Assembly (NCBI GenBank): GCA_011049545.1 | Contig: DRHQ01000112.1 | Span: 1,346-65,345 of the forward strand | DNA from: Candidatus Aminicenantes bacterium | GTDB taxonomy: Bacteria; Acidobacteriota; Aminicenantia; Aminicenantales; Aminicenantaceae | Direction: 5' to 3' | DNA: 64,000 nucleotides | Part shown: positions 46,868 to 57,093 of the stretch, one piece after another | How the letters are laid out: each line of letters opens with the position of its first letter | Position numbering within the stretch: position 1 is the stretch's first letter | The notes under the pieces: model-generated | What the model was told of the DNA's origin: nothing | Seen by the model: the letters and a program-made list of their open reading frames with translations, nothing else | Database searches by the model: none | Position numbers and translations under genes: made by a program

Positions 46868-49072
46868 TTAGTAATTGAAAAGGAAGCTTACTTTGAGCAT
46901 TAAAGCACGATCCTGGATATATCCCTCAGAACCAAGCTTTCTTGTTTCGTTATAGATGAAATAGATGTTGGCGCCCGGTTTATAAATCCAACGGAAAAGA
47001 AAATTGTTTATCAATAAATTCTCATCATCATTCCACTGCAAATAAGCCTTGGCATATAGATCAGGAGTAAAAGAGTAGATAACCCGAGCAGCAACGATGT
47101 TTGTTGTAAATTTCCCGCCATCAACGGGTAAATCAAACTGGTTGCGGTCATAGATGAATTCCATGTTAAGATTTTTGTTTAATTTGAGGATGCCGCTTGT
47201 ATTCACTCTGAATAGACGCCCATTATAGAACTGACCGAGATTCACTTCAGTTCGTAAAGCAATACTCTTACTTTTATCAGATTCAAACCAACCAATAAAT
47301 TGATTGAATTTATGGGCTTCCGAGGGGATAAAAACATTCTCTTTAATCTCAAAACCATCAGTCAGATATTCGTAATTCTGCATATAAGCAAGCAACAAAT
47401 TGCTTCCGTTCTGGAAGAGATTAAACATGCCTGTCAGTATATTCCTTGACTCAAGCTGACCTGAATGATTCTCGATATAGATAAAATTATTAAAGAAAAA
47501 CATCTGGCGGATATTCAGTATATTGGGCCTGGGACCAATGCCTAAATTAGCTTTTATCTTTCGGATGTCTGTCCTGGGAACAAAACCAAGCTCTGAATTG
47601 AAATTTTCTCCTACATCTGCGTAAGAAACATCAGCCATGAAAAAATCACTTTCCCAGATAAAATCCAGGTTAGCTGCCCAGTCTTTCCCTTTCAGATCCG
47701 GCGTAAACGTCTTGCCGGCATAGCCTCCCATTTTAAGCGATTTGCCCAAGGCCAGGTTGAAGTCAAAAGCAGCTCCTCGGTTGTAGTAGGAACTGTCAAG
47801 AGAATCTTTGCTTAAAACCATAATGCCTACAGTCGATTTCTCTAGGAAATCTCTTTTAACTCGAATAACCGAGTAATTCGTCTTTTCAATATTCACCTGT
47901 TCATCATCTTCCTCATAAGAGGTGCTATCAGTCAAGACATTAAGAATTCCAAGGTCATAACTTCCGGTTTTCCCGGTAATTCTAACACCTCCGATTACAG
48001 GAATTTCCCTGCCATCTTCTGATAATCCAATTGTTCGGCTGAAAAAGAAAAGTGTCGAAGGAGGCTCATACGGGCGGTATCTTTCACCAACTCGAAAAAT
48101 ATCTGCTCCTTCAAGGAAAAATCCCCTTTTTTCTGGGAAGAAAAGGCTGAATCGAGTCATGTTGAACTGTTCCTGGTCAGCTTCTACTTGGGCAAAATCG
48201 GTATTAATTGTTATATCTGCTGTCAGGTTTGAAGTCAGCCGGTACTTGAGATCAAGACCTAAATCTACTGAGCGAGTTAAAGATGCTTCCTCCTCTTCCT
48301 GAATACTTCCGCCTATAAGATAAGGCGTGATCTGGATTCTTTTCCCTTGGTTCAGATTTTCCAATCCTTGGAGATGACCGCAATAAGATACCTTGTATTT
48401 TCCAGACCAGCCATAATCCCTGAGAATGGGTGACCAATAAATTTCTTCTCTCTTCCTAGCAATGTGGCGTCCAAAATTGATCCCCCAGGTCTGATTTTTG
48501 CCTTTTTTAAAGCGGAGAGTATAAAAAGGTATAGCTATTTCGGCTGTCCAGCCTCGCTCGGTTCTTTTTACTTTGGCTATCCATATCCCATCCCAATTCC
48601 AGTTTATATTACTTCCTTCATCCCTGATCAGGGCATCTCGCCGAGCCCCAAGAGGGTTTACGGCAAAATAAAATGCATTGCGGTGGTCATGGGATGCATC
48701 GATGAAGATTTCAAAATAATCATCATTCTGAAGCTCGCCGTCCCGCCTCATTTCGTTTGCCACAATTTTTTCTGGCTGGCTGTCAAAACAAACAACGCCA
48801 AAATAAAGATACTGGTCATCATAGAGGACTCTTATTTCGGTTGGTTCGGTGGCATAAGCTCCTTCATTCGGCTCTTTTTGAATAAAATTATTCACAAAGA
48901 GAGCGCTTCTCCATAAGGTTTCTTTGAGGTGTCCGTCCATGTTGATCGGGCGAGATATCTTCAGGGCTGTGATTTGTAAGGCTTCGGAATCAAGGCCGAA
49001 TAGAAAAGGAGAAAAAAGGATAAACAAAGATACAACGAAAAAACATGAAATCCTTTCAATCTTAAGCTTCAT
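46868..49072 (-). CDS. Outer-membrane beta-barrel-like protein with an N-terminal CBM9-like domain (DUF5916-type)
   Basis: Signal peptide. INMDGHLKETLW...F.QKEPNEG resembles the CBM9/DUF5916 N-terminus. Alternating beta-strand pattern. Terminal ...KVSFLFNY aromatic residue. Confidence 0.55.
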   Translation of the reverse strand: MKLKIERISCFFVVSLFILFSPFLFGLDSEALQITALKISRPINMDGHLKETLWRSALFVNNFIQKEPNEGAYATEPTEIRVLYDDQYLYFGVVCFDSQPEKIVANEMRRDGELQNDDYFEIFIDASHDHRNAFYFAVNPLGARRDALIRDEGSNINWNWDGIWIAKVKRTERGWTAEIAIPFYTLRFKKGKNQTWGINFGRHIARKREEIYWSPILRDYGWSGKYKVSYCGHLQGLENLNQGKRIQITPYLIGGSIQEEEEASLTRSVDLGLDLKYRLTSNLTADITINTDFAQVEADQEQFNMTRFSLFFPEKRGFFLEGADIFRVGERYRPYEPPSTLFFFSRTIGLSEDGREIPVIGGVRITGKTGSYDLGILNVLTDSTSYEEDDEQVNIEKTNYSVIRVKRDFLEKSTVGIMVLSKDSLDSSYYNRGAAFDFNLALGKSLKMGGYAGKTFTPDLKGKDWAANLDFIWESDFFMADVSYADVGENFNSELGFVPRTDIRKIKANLGIGPRPNILNIRQMFFFNNFIYIENHSGQLESRNILTGMFNLFQNGSNLLLAYMQNYEYLTDGFEIKENVFIPSEAHKFNQFIGWFESDKSKSIALRTEVNLGQFYNGRLFRVNTSGILKLNKNLNMEFIYDRNQFDLPVDGGKFTTNIVAARVIYSFTPDLYAKAYLQWNDDENLLINNFLFRWIYKPGANIYFIYNETRKLGSEGYIQDRALMLKVSFLFNY

Positions 49073-49368
49073 GATCCGCGATCATCTGAATTATGCCTAT
49101 AATTAATTTTCTGATTGACCAATATACATAAAATCAGGGGAATTTGCCACTTTATGTCCAAAATTAGAGAGAATATTCGTATTGTTTTCGGCAAAACGAG
49201 GCAAAGAAAAAGAAATTAAACCACAGCCAAAGACTCTTTTATTTGTTTCTTAAGTTTTCCTGGGCGACGGAAAGAATTTTTGCTGCATAAGTTTGACTGA
49301 TTGTACCTATAGCTATCATGATGTGTTTTTTAAAATGTGAGATAAAAACAGGTTTCCTTTGAAATATT

Positions 49369-49875
49369 TTATGAATCCGCTTTTTTCACCCCGTCATCTA
49401 GCATTTTTCTATGACTTGAGAAGGGAATATCCGGAAGATTGCCTAATGGAAAAAACTCTGCTTCCAGGGAATCTGAACCTGGAGAAAGATTTCCACGGGC
49501 CTGGACCTCATATCCAATGATGAGCACATTCCTGTAAAGCATCGATTTTTGAGAGTAAACTCCCACCAATCTCACAATTTCTCCTTTAAGTCCGGTTTCT
49601 TCTCTAAGCTCCCTGAGGCAGGCCTTTTCCGGAGTCTCATCAATTTCAATAAATCCTGAAGGTAAAGCCCACTTTCCCTTGCCCGGCTCATGTCCCCTTT
49701 TAACCAGAAGAACCTCACCCTTATCATTCCTGACTAAAGCGGCAGAACTCGGTAAAGGATTCTCATAACATACCCATTGACACGCTGGGCAGGCCAGTCT
49801 TTTCTCTTCTTCTATCCTGCTCAACTTCAGTTTGGATCCACACTTAAGACAAAATTTAATCATTTTGCTCATCAA
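49369..49875 (-). CDS. NUDIX hydrolase with an N-terminal zinc ribbon
   Basis: CLKCGSKL...CPAC zinc ribbon. Nudix box GKWALPSGFIEIDETPEKACLRELREETGL. Confidence 0.85.
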   Translation of the reverse strand: MMSKMIKFCLKCGSKLKLSRIEEEKRLACPACQWVCYENPLPSSAALVRNDKGEVLLVKRGHEPGKGKWALPSGFIEIDETPEKACLRELREETGLKGEIVRLVGVYSQKSMLYRNVLIIGYEVQARGNLSPGSDSLEAEFFPLGNLPDIPFSSHRKMLDDGVKKADS

Positions 49876-49920
49876 ACCTTGATAATCTTTGCCTCAAAGG
49901 CCAAAGAGGGTAGAAAAACT

Positions 49921-51510
49921 CTATTTATCTTTATGATAATCTATTATTTCTAGTTTGAGCTTGCCTATAACTTCAGAGATAGCCTGGGCCATTTCCTTGA
50001 AAATATTCTCATTAAGAAGGCTTCGCCCTAATTTTATATGAGTGGCATCGGTGTAATATTCGCCGCTTTTGTTGTCCACAGCCAGCCATTTGGAATCCAG
50101 ACTAATCCATCGACCCACAAAGACTTCAGGCCACATATGATAAGCAAATATACCTCGACCATACATAATTCCCACAGCTGCTCTCGCTGGAATCCCCACA
50201 GCTCGGCAGAGGGCAACAGTCAGCACGGTGTACTCTGAACAATCCCCTTCTCGATTTTTAATAATTTCTTTGGCGGTAGCAAAACCCACATAATAATTGG
50301 CAGTCATCTCCTTCTCAACCCATTCGGCTATCTTCTTCGAAGCCCTCCAAGAATTTCTCTCTTGACCAACAATCTCTTTAGCTACATTTTGAATTTCTGG
50401 GTCTTCAGCTTGGCAGAATGCGCTGGACTTTAAGAATCTGCGGAATTCTTTATCTTTAACTGGGAAAAGAATGGCCTCTTCTTCTTTGAATATCTGGGAG
50501 GAAGTCTGAATTATGACATAATCTTCTCCCACCTCTATAATCTTTTGACTTTCATCATCAAAAGGAAAATTCTTAATTTTATCCGTAGATATACCTCTGA
50601 GTTTAAATGTTACTCTTTGAATTTTTTGAGGATTTTCGAATGTGACATTGGGTTTTATGATGGTCGAAAAAGCAATATCGAAAGTCTCTTCTGAAACCTC
50701 AAGGGCTTTCTCTTTAGGCATGCGGATGGATGTTAAGGTTGTAAAGCTTGTTTTGTTTATACTCCTCCAGGAGTTTCCACTCTCGTCAATCCATTCGTCA
50801 ACAGTGAGAGGAATAACATAAGTGGTTTCTCCCTTTGCATGCCACAGTCTCATCTTTTTCCCTAAGATTAAAACGTCTTCCTTGCCGATCACCTCAAAGC
50901 TAAAATCCACAAGAGAATAGGAAGTAAAGTCTAGTATTTTAAAATTGTACTTATTTCCGGGCTTCAAGCCCTCTTCTTCAATGATCTTTTCTACAGGGAC
51001 TTCAAGGTAAAACTCCTCTTCATAAGGCAACTCTTTTATGATTTTGCCTCCTGATTTGAATAAAATTTTATCCGGGCCTATCTCAGCTCTCGTTACAGTC
51101 TCGCTCTCTGACATTTTTATCCTTATAATACATTCTAAGGGTTTTCCCTGTTCATCGTATATTGATTCCTGCACAGTAGCTATCTCAATAGAATTGCCAC
51201 CCAAGCGAGCAACTTTCATCCATGATTCACTGAGGCTTTTTTTTAATTTTTTCCCGTTTATTATTAAAGGAAATTCCTTATTATGGCTATATCCAACCTT
51301 TATGCCACCCATATAGACTCCCATCCAGGACTCAGATATCTTTTCTTCTCCTGATTTCGAGGACTCTGAGGAAGAAAATACATTGCCTGATTTAGGAATA
51401 ATTTTGGACGATTGAACCTCAGATTTAACCTTATTCCCTAAAAAAGGGAAAACTAGAAAAATCCATAAAAAGAAGAACATAAATAATTTTTGAATTTTCA
51501 TCTTCATCAA
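49921..51510 (-). CDS. Secreted transglutaminase-like (papain-fold Cys-His-Asp) domain protein
   Basis: Signal peptide. C-terminal core GDCSEYTVL ... FAYHMWPEV ... SLD. 529 aa. Confidence 0.8.
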   Translation of the reverse strand: MMKMKIQKLFMFFFLWIFLVFPFLGNKVKSEVQSSKIIPKSGNVFSSSESSKSGEEKISESWMGVYMGGIKVGYSHNKEFPLIINGKKLKKSLSESWMKVARLGGNSIEIATVQESIYDEQGKPLECIIRIKMSESETVTRAEIGPDKILFKSGGKIIKELPYEEEFYLEVPVEKIIEEEGLKPGNKYNFKILDFTSYSLVDFSFEVIGKEDVLILGKKMRLWHAKGETTYVIPLTVDEWIDESGNSWRSINKTSFTTLTSIRMPKEKALEVSEETFDIAFSTIIKPNVTFENPQKIQRVTFKLRGISTDKIKNFPFDDESQKIIEVGEDYVIIQTSSQIFKEEEAILFPVKDKEFRRFLKSSAFCQAEDPEIQNVAKEIVGQERNSWRASKKIAEWVEKEMTANYYVGFATAKEIIKNREGDCSEYTVLTVALCRAVGIPARAAVGIMYGRGIFAYHMWPEVFVGRWISLDSKWLAVDNKSGEYYTDATHIKLGRSLLNENIFKEMAQAISEVIGKLKLEIIDYHKDK

Positions 51511-51580
51511 GGCCTCTCCGCAGTTTTCTTACTTTTAATTCTAATTTAATTTTATGGAAGGAGTCAAAACTTGTTTTAGC

Positions 51581-51952
51581 TTAAGTTTTCTTTGAATTTA
51601 AAAGATGATCTATCGATCTATTAAGTGAATCTAAATCGAGGGGCTTTACAAAGAAATGAGAGATAGAGAGTCGGGATAATTCATCAATCTTAACCAGGTC
51701 TGGATAAGCAGAAATCAGGATGACATTTCCTCGGTAACCTAATTCTCTGAATTTGGCGATCATTTCCACACCGTCAAGATGAGGTAACTTTAAATCGGCA
51801 ATGATTAGATCAATTTCAGCTCTTTTGAAACGCTGCAAAGCTTCTCCTGAATCCTTAGCTAGATAAACTCGATAATTCTTATTTAGAATCAGAAAAAAAG
51901 TCTTCCGGATGGACTCATCATCATCGACAATTATGATTTTCTTTTCGGACAT
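51581..51952 (-). CDS. Single-domain response regulator (CheY-like receiver)
   Basis: IIIVDDD, phospho-acceptor context DLIIADLKLP, FFVKP. ATG at 51952; the track start at 51967 is a GTG inside the GAGGTG SD. Confidence 0.85.
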   Translation of the reverse strand: MSEKKIIIVDDDESIRKTFFLILNKNYRVYLAKDSGEALQRFKRAEIDLIIADLKLPHLDGVEMIAKFRELGYRGNVILISAYPDLVKIDELSRLSISHFFVKPLDLDSLNRSIDHLLNSKKT

Positions 51953-52007
51953 TTTGTATATTTTCACCTCTCTTTGATTTCCGTTAGTCCTTAACGCAAT
52001 TGAAGTA

Positions 52008-52022
52008 GCATATTTTGTGCCA
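52008..52022 (-). promoter_or_regulatory. Sigma-54 (-24/-12) promoter upstream of the CheY-like gene
   Basis: Minus strand reads TGGCAC-AAAAT-ATGCT (consensus TGGCAC-N5-TTGCW), about 55 nt upstream of the ATG at 51952. Confidence 0.65.
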
Positions 52023-52370
52023 ATCTATATAATTTTGAATCTGAAACTGCAAAAGCAATTTTTATGGGGCAAATTTCGGGGAAAAAATTACCAGGATGTG
52101 ATAGCTAAGAGAGACAGCTTTATATAACTATATAATTTTAAATAAGTTAAGAAGCATATATGTTTTCAAGTTGTTCTAGTTGTTAAGGACTGGTTCGGGG
52201 ACAGACCTTAACACAAGGATGTCTGGAGAACAAAAGATGGAATATTTACTCACTCTGATGGCCAAGCCTGACCCCATAAATGAAAAAAATTTTACAGCAA
52301 GTAAAAAGCATTTACAATCTTAAATCGATTCCTTTGTCGGGAGGATTGATTGAAAGTCTAAATATTAGAG

Positions 52371-52626
52371 GTTGTCCCAAAGTGACGTGATATAATGAGG
52401 AGGAGTTGCAGGAGAATGTCGGAGCGCCATTGAAGATTTAGCCTTCCCGAATGGTTCTACGAGGGCACCCGACTATGTCGGGCGGCGAGTATGTCTGAGC
52501 GAAGCGAGTTACGCAGCCGCCGAGAAGAACGAAGAGGGAATGGCGTTGAAAATCTGAACTAGAGCGGAGACATTCTCCTGCACCTCAGAGTACCTTTTGA
52601 CTTTCATCACGTCACTTTGGGACAAA
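52371..52626. other. 256-nt G+C-rich element bounded by 20-bp perfect terminal inverted repeats, with nested pairings (MITE-like or structured RNA)
   Basis: ttgtcccaaagtgacgtgat (52372-52391) pairs with atcacgtcactttgggacaa (52606-52625). Nested pairs: tgcaggagaatgtc/gacattctcctgca (52407-52420 / 52569-52582), cgccatt/aatggcg, cccgac-tat-gtcggg, ggcggc/gccgcc. Confidence 0.85.
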
Positions 52627-52627
52627 C

Positions 52628-53962
52628 TCAAATATCAAGTTTGTATTCTTTTATCTTTTTATCAAGGGTAGGACGGGTTATCTGTAAGATCTGGCTGGTT
52701 CTTGTCTTGTTACCTTTGGTTGCTTTCAAGACATGCTGGATGTAGTCCTTTTCAACCTCTTTTAAAGGAACAAGCTGCTTTGGATAGAGCTTCTTTTCTC
52801 CTATCTCAAGAGCCAAATTTTCATCAAGGATAACATCTCCCTTGGCCAGGATTACACCCCGAATTAAAGCATTTTCCAGCTCCCTGACATTCCCTGCCCA
52901 GGGAAGATTCATCATAGTTTTTACCACTTCAGGAGGGACTTTTCTCACATTTTTACGCAGGTCACGGTTTATTTTCTCTAGAAGATAAGCCACTAATTCC
53001 GGAATATCTTCCTTTCTAGTACGGAGTGGAGGCAACGTAATTTCAACTACTTTCAGACGATAGTAGAGGTCTTCTCTTAGCTTGCCTTTTTCAATCAGCT
53101 TTTTTAGATCCTGGTTCGTAGCTGCAATTATTCTTGCTTCTGTCTTCAGGATTTTCTCTCCTCCAACTTTCATGAAATCTCTTGTCTCGATTACCCTTAA
53201 CAACTTTGACTGAAGGTTTGCTGAAATATCCCCGATCTCATCCAGAAACAAAGTCCCTTTGCCAGCTATCTCAAACTTTCCTTTGGTTTCACAAATAGCA
53301 TCCGTAAAAGCGCCTTTGACATGGCCAAAGAGCTCACTTTCCAAGAGAGTATCCGTAATAGCTGAACAATTGATGACAATAAAGGGCTCCTCTCTATAGG
53401 GGCTGTTGTAATGAATAGCTTTGGCAACCAATTCTTTTCCTGTTCCACTTTCACCCTGGAGAAGAATGTTGGTTCGGGTGTTGGCTACCGAGCCTATTAA
53501 TTTAAACACCTCTCTCATTTTGACAGAACGACCGATGATGTTGTCTATGGTGTATTCTTTCTGTTTCTCTTCAAGGAGGTAGCTGACCTTATCTTCCAGA
53601 CTTCTTATCTGAAAAGCTTTATCAATGGTCAACTCCAGCTCAACATAATCAAGAGGCTTGACTAAATACTCGAAGGCTCCTAATTTTATAGCTTCTATCG
53701 TCGTTTTCATATCGTCGTAAGCAGTCATAATTATAATACTTGCGTTGGAATTCTTTTCTCTTATCCTGCCTAGAACTTCAAGGCCATCCACATCAGGAAG
53801 GCGAATATCCAGTATGACTAAATCAGGAATGTGTTCCTCATATTTTTGAATCCCTTCCTCTCCGTCTTCGGCCGCTAAAGCCTCAAATCCTTTCTTAGAG
53901 AGATAAGAGGAGAGAGTCTTTCTGATCAAAGGATCATCGTCAATGACTAGGACTGATTTCAT
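52628..53962 (-). CDS. Sigma-54-dependent response regulator (NtrC family)
   Basis: Receiver domain (DLVILDIRLPDVDG), AAA+ GESGTGKE, sigma-54 contact loop GAFTDA, C-terminal HTH (TRTSQILQITRPTLDKKIKEY). Confidence 0.9.
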   Translation of the reverse strand: MKSVLVIDDDPLIRKTLSSYLSKKGFEALAAEDGEEGIQKYEEHIPDLVILDIRLPDVDGLEVLGRIREKNSNASIIIMTAYDDMKTTIEAIKLGAFEYLVKPLDYVELELTIDKAFQIRSLEDKVSYLLEEKQKEYTIDNIIGRSVKMREVFKLIGSVANTRTNILLQGESGTGKELVAKAIHYNSPYREEPFIVINCSAITDTLLESELFGHVKGAFTDAICETKGKFEIAGKGTLFLDEIGDISANLQSKLLRVIETRDFMKVGGEKILKTEARIIAATNQDLKKLIEKGKLREDLYYRLKVVEITLPPLRTRKEDIPELVAYLLEKINRDLRKNVRKVPPEVVKTMMNLPWAGNVRELENALIRGVILAKGDVILDENLALEIGEKKLYPKQLVPLKEVEKDYIQHVLKATKGNKTRTSQILQITRPTLDKKIKEYKLDI

Positions 53963-55422
53963 CTTTCCTCCTTGGTAGGAATAAGAATTTCAAAAGAAGT
54001 ACCTTGGGCTGCATTTTCTTTAACTCTTATGGTCCCTCTATGCTGTTCAATAATTTTTCTGGCTATAGGCAATCCAAGGCCAATTCCAGAAGCTTTCGTG
54101 GTGTAGAAAGGCTCAAAAATAGTCTCCCTGCTTTCTTCTGGAATTCCACAGCCATTATCAGATATAAATATTCTAATTTTACTTCCCTCTTGCTCCTTCA
54201 GAAGAGAGAGAGAAATATTTATTTTGCCCTTTTCTTCCACAGCCTCAAAGGCATTGCGAAGGATGTTTAAAAAAACTTGTTTCAATTTATCAGCATCCAC
54301 CATAACTTGGGGTAATCCTTCCTTGTAATTTTTCTCAAGAACGACTTTTTTCAACTCCAGAGTGTCTGCTAATGTTTTTATAGACTCATCGAGTATTTGC
54401 TCGAAAGAAAAGCGAGCTAAATTCAGTTCTGAAACCCGAGTGAAATCCAGAAGCTCTTTGACGAATTTTTCCATCTGACCTATCCCCTCCTGGGATATGC
54501 TTAAATGTTCTTTTTCTGTCTCATCCAATCGATCACTTTGAACAAGCTTCTGGATGTTTAGCTTGACTGATGTTAGCGCATTCCTTATCTCATGAGCAAT
54601 ACCGGCAGATATACGGCCGATGGATGCCAGCTTTTCTGCCTGGATTAGCTTGTTGCTGGCGGTTTCCATTCTTTCCCTTGCCAGGAGAAGCTTGCGACTC
54701 ATATCATTAAAACTCTGAGCTAAGTTTCCGATTTCATCCTGCGAGGTGATATCTATCTTCTGAGAAAAATCTTCTTTAGATATTTTAACTGTCCCCTCCA
54801 CTAGTTTTTTCAACGGCCCTGTTATCCTTCTGGCTAATAATATCGCTCCAAAAACACCTATCAAAAGCCCTCCACAGCCGATAAAAATCAGCATCAGGCG
54901 GGTTTTCAGGATTTCTGCCCGCATCTCTTCCAAGGATTGACCGATTTTTATAGAACCCCATCTCTTAGGAGAACCTCGCACAAAAATCGGAACTTCAATT
55001 TCCAGAATCCTCAGAATCTGTGTTGATTTTTCATCAACAAACTTTTTCCTCTCAAAGAGATAGCTCTTTTCATCGACCTCCTCCCCCAGATCGCTGTAAA
55101 GATAAGTTTCTTTGTAGTCTTCTATAAAACTAGTGCCGACAAAAAGATTATTGTAGCGACCATATAAAACAACATAGATGAGATTTTCGTCTATCTGCTC
55201 TTCGATATTCTCTCTAACTCCTTCTTCATCCCATTGAATAAACGCTGGCAAATTCAGGTAAGCAATATTTTTAGCAATTAATACTCCCTTTTCTTTCTGC
55301 TCTTCAAAAATGGCCTTGACTTCTCGCTGCTCAATAACCAGGAGAATCGATACCAAAAGCACCATGATTAAAACTGTTACCCAAACCATGAATCTTGCCT
55401 GGAGGGACATACGTAATTTCAC
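53959..55422 (-). CDS. Sensor histidine kinase (periplasmic domain, HAMP, HisKA, HATPase)
   Basis: Two TM segments flanking ~150 aa. H-box HEIRNALTSV, N-box LRNAFEA, DNGCGI, GIGLGL. 4-nt overlap with the ntrC-like gene. Confidence 0.85.
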   Translation of the reverse strand: MKLRMSLQARFMVWVTVLIMVLLVSILLVIEQREVKAIFEEQKEKGVLIAKNIAYLNLPAFIQWDEEGVRENIEEQIDENLIYVVLYGRYNNLFVGTSFIEDYKETYLYSDLGEEVDEKSYLFERKKFVDEKSTQILRILEIEVPIFVRGSPKRWGSIKIGQSLEEMRAEILKTRLMLIFIGCGGLLIGVFGAILLARRITGPLKKLVEGTVKISKEDFSQKIDITSQDEIGNLAQSFNDMSRKLLLARERMETASNKLIQAEKLASIGRISAGIAHEIRNALTSVKLNIQKLVQSDRLDETEKEHLSISQEGIGQMEKFVKELLDFTRVSELNLARFSFEQILDESIKTLADTLELKKVVLEKNYKEGLPQVMVDADKLKQVFLNILRNAFEAVEEKGKINISLSLLKEQEGSKIRIFISDNGCGIPEESRETIFEPFYTTKASGIGLGLPIARKIIEQHRGTIRVKENAAQGTSFEILIPTKEER

Positions 55423-55432
55423 TTTTGCTCGC

Positions 55433-57028
55433 TTATTTATCTAACCATATTTTTCTGGCATCTAAATAATAAAATCCTAAAGAAGGAACCTCGACTCCCC
55501 TGACATAAGGCTGCATGGCAACCCTGTTCTGATGAGAAAAAAGAGGAAGAGCAGGAACATCAGAAATCAAAATTTGCTCAATCTGATGAAAAAGATTTAT
55601 CCTTCTGGTCCAGCTTCGTTCAATCTCGGCTTCCTGAAGAAGCTTATCCAATTCAGGATTAACATAATTAAAAATATTAAAAATGGATTTTGAAAAAAAG
55701 AGAGGTCTGATGATATCTTCAGGATCAGGAAAGCTCATCTCTCTCCCTGTAAAAACAAGATAGGGTTTATTATAGCTCTTTATCTCTTTAAGCGATTTAT
55801 AATAATTTAATCTTAATTTTATCCCCAGGGCATCAAGCTGCTTGCGGAGTGCTTTGTAAATTTTAAGCTTCATCTCTGTTCTTGGCAAATCAATAAGCAA
55901 TGTAAGAGTAGGAAATTCTTCCTCGGTTGAAAAACCTGCATCTTGAAGCATCTGTTTTGCCTTCTCTAAGTCATAGCTTTCTTCGTCATCCCTTGGGAAA
56001 AATCCTGGGAGTCTTGATGGAATATAGTTATTTATCACTTGACGCGCGTACCTCATATCAAAAATATCTCGAGCAATTTCCCTTTTGTTGAGAGCAAGCA
56101 AGATGGCTTTGCGAGCGATCGCTCTATCAAGGGGAGGAATGTGGCAGCTCATTCCTAAGAATTTAGGGTGAAGTAAGCCATCCTGAAAAATCTGAAAACT
56201 GGGAGTAAGCAGCTTCTTGGACACGACTGGAATAGAATCTATTTCCTTGTTCAAGAAATGATCAAGAGTAAAAAGAGGACAGAATTCTACTGCTTCTAAA
56301 TAGGCTCTCCCTACAAAATACTCTTCATTTCTTTTCAGCCGGACTCCAACAATATCCAATTGAGGCGTCCTTAACCAATAGTCAAACTTGAAAGGTCCAG
56401 TGCCTGACGGTTTAAAGAAAAATCTTCTTCCCTGGTCAATAACAAGGTCACGAGGCAGAATTTTACAAAAATGCATACTCATCAGATACAGAGCGGAGAC
56501 AAAAGGCTTTGCCCAGTGAATCTCGAAGGTGTATTTATCTAAGACCTTAAATCCTGCAACATCATTTGTTTTTCCTTCTCTGAAATCTTTAGCTCCAACA
56601 ACTCTTGCTAAGAAGAATTGATAGTAAGGGGAGTTAGTTTTTTTATTAAGCAGCCTTTCTAAGGAAAATTTCACATCTTCTGCTGAAAGCTCTCTTCCAT
56701 GATGGAACTTGACTCCTATTCTTAAATAAAACGTATGTTTTTTTCCATCCGAAGAAATTTTCCAATACTCGGCCAGGCAAGGCACAATGCTCAAATTTTT
56801 ATCAAGCCTGACTAAACCATCATAAATTTGTTCTGAGATAAAGATAGAGGACTCTTGTCTTGTCGGATCAAACTCCGCTTTAAAAGTATCGGTAAATGAT
56901 TTCAGTCGAAAAACTCCGCCGTAGCGAGGTTTACTGACGCTTCTTTCTTGGAAACTTAACAAAGGAGTTATAAAGACCAACATGAGAACAAGGCACCAAG
57001 CTACATAGATATCTAATTTTTGGCCCAT
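55433..57028 (-). CDS. Family-5 (peptide/nickel type) solute-binding protein, first gene of the kinase operon
   Basis: Signal/anchor peptide. 531 aa with SBP_bac_5-like sequence (YWKISSDGKKHTFYLRIGVKFHHG). No permease or ATPase genes adjacent. Confidence 0.75.
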   Translation of the reverse strand: MGQKLDIYVAWCLVLMLVFITPLLSFQERSVSKPRYGGVFRLKSFTDTFKAEFDPTRQESSIFISEQIYDGLVRLDKNLSIVPCLAEYWKISSDGKKHTFYLRIGVKFHHGRELSAEDVKFSLERLLNKKTNSPYYQFFLARVVGAKDFREGKTNDVAGFKVLDKYTFEIHWAKPFVSALYLMSMHFCKILPRDLVIDQGRRFFFKPSGTGPFKFDYWLRTPQLDIVGVRLKRNEEYFVGRAYLEAVEFCPLFTLDHFLNKEIDSIPVVSKKLLTPSFQIFQDGLLHPKFLGMSCHIPPLDRAIARKAILLALNKREIARDIFDMRYARQVINNYIPSRLPGFFPRDDEESYDLEKAKQMLQDAGFSTEEEFPTLTLLIDLPRTEMKLKIYKALRKQLDALGIKLRLNYYKSLKEIKSYNKPYLVFTGREMSFPDPEDIIRPLFFSKSIFNIFNYVNPELDKLLQEAEIERSWTRRINLFHQIEQILISDVPALPLFSHQNRVAMQPYVRGVEVPSLGFYYLDARKIWLDK

Positions 57029-57078
57029 TTTCCTTTACTTAAATCATAAATTATCCTCAGGTTAATAGCAAATTAAAG

Positions 57079-57093
57079 GCAATTTTCGTGCCA
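57079..57093 (-). promoter_or_regulatory. Sigma-54 (-24/-12) promoter upstream of the SBP-kinase-NtrC operon
   Basis: Minus strand reads TTGGCACGAAAATTGCC, a perfect TGGCAC-N5-TTGC, about 50 nt upstream of the ATG at 57028. Confidence 0.75.

Noticed and set aside
52395-52433. Tiny ORFs inside the 256-nt inverted-repeat element (for example MRRSCRRMSERH after a TATAAT/GAGGAGG-like stretch).
   Set aside because: They are too short and low-complexity, and the sequence is better explained by base-pairing constraints. There is no independent coding evidence.
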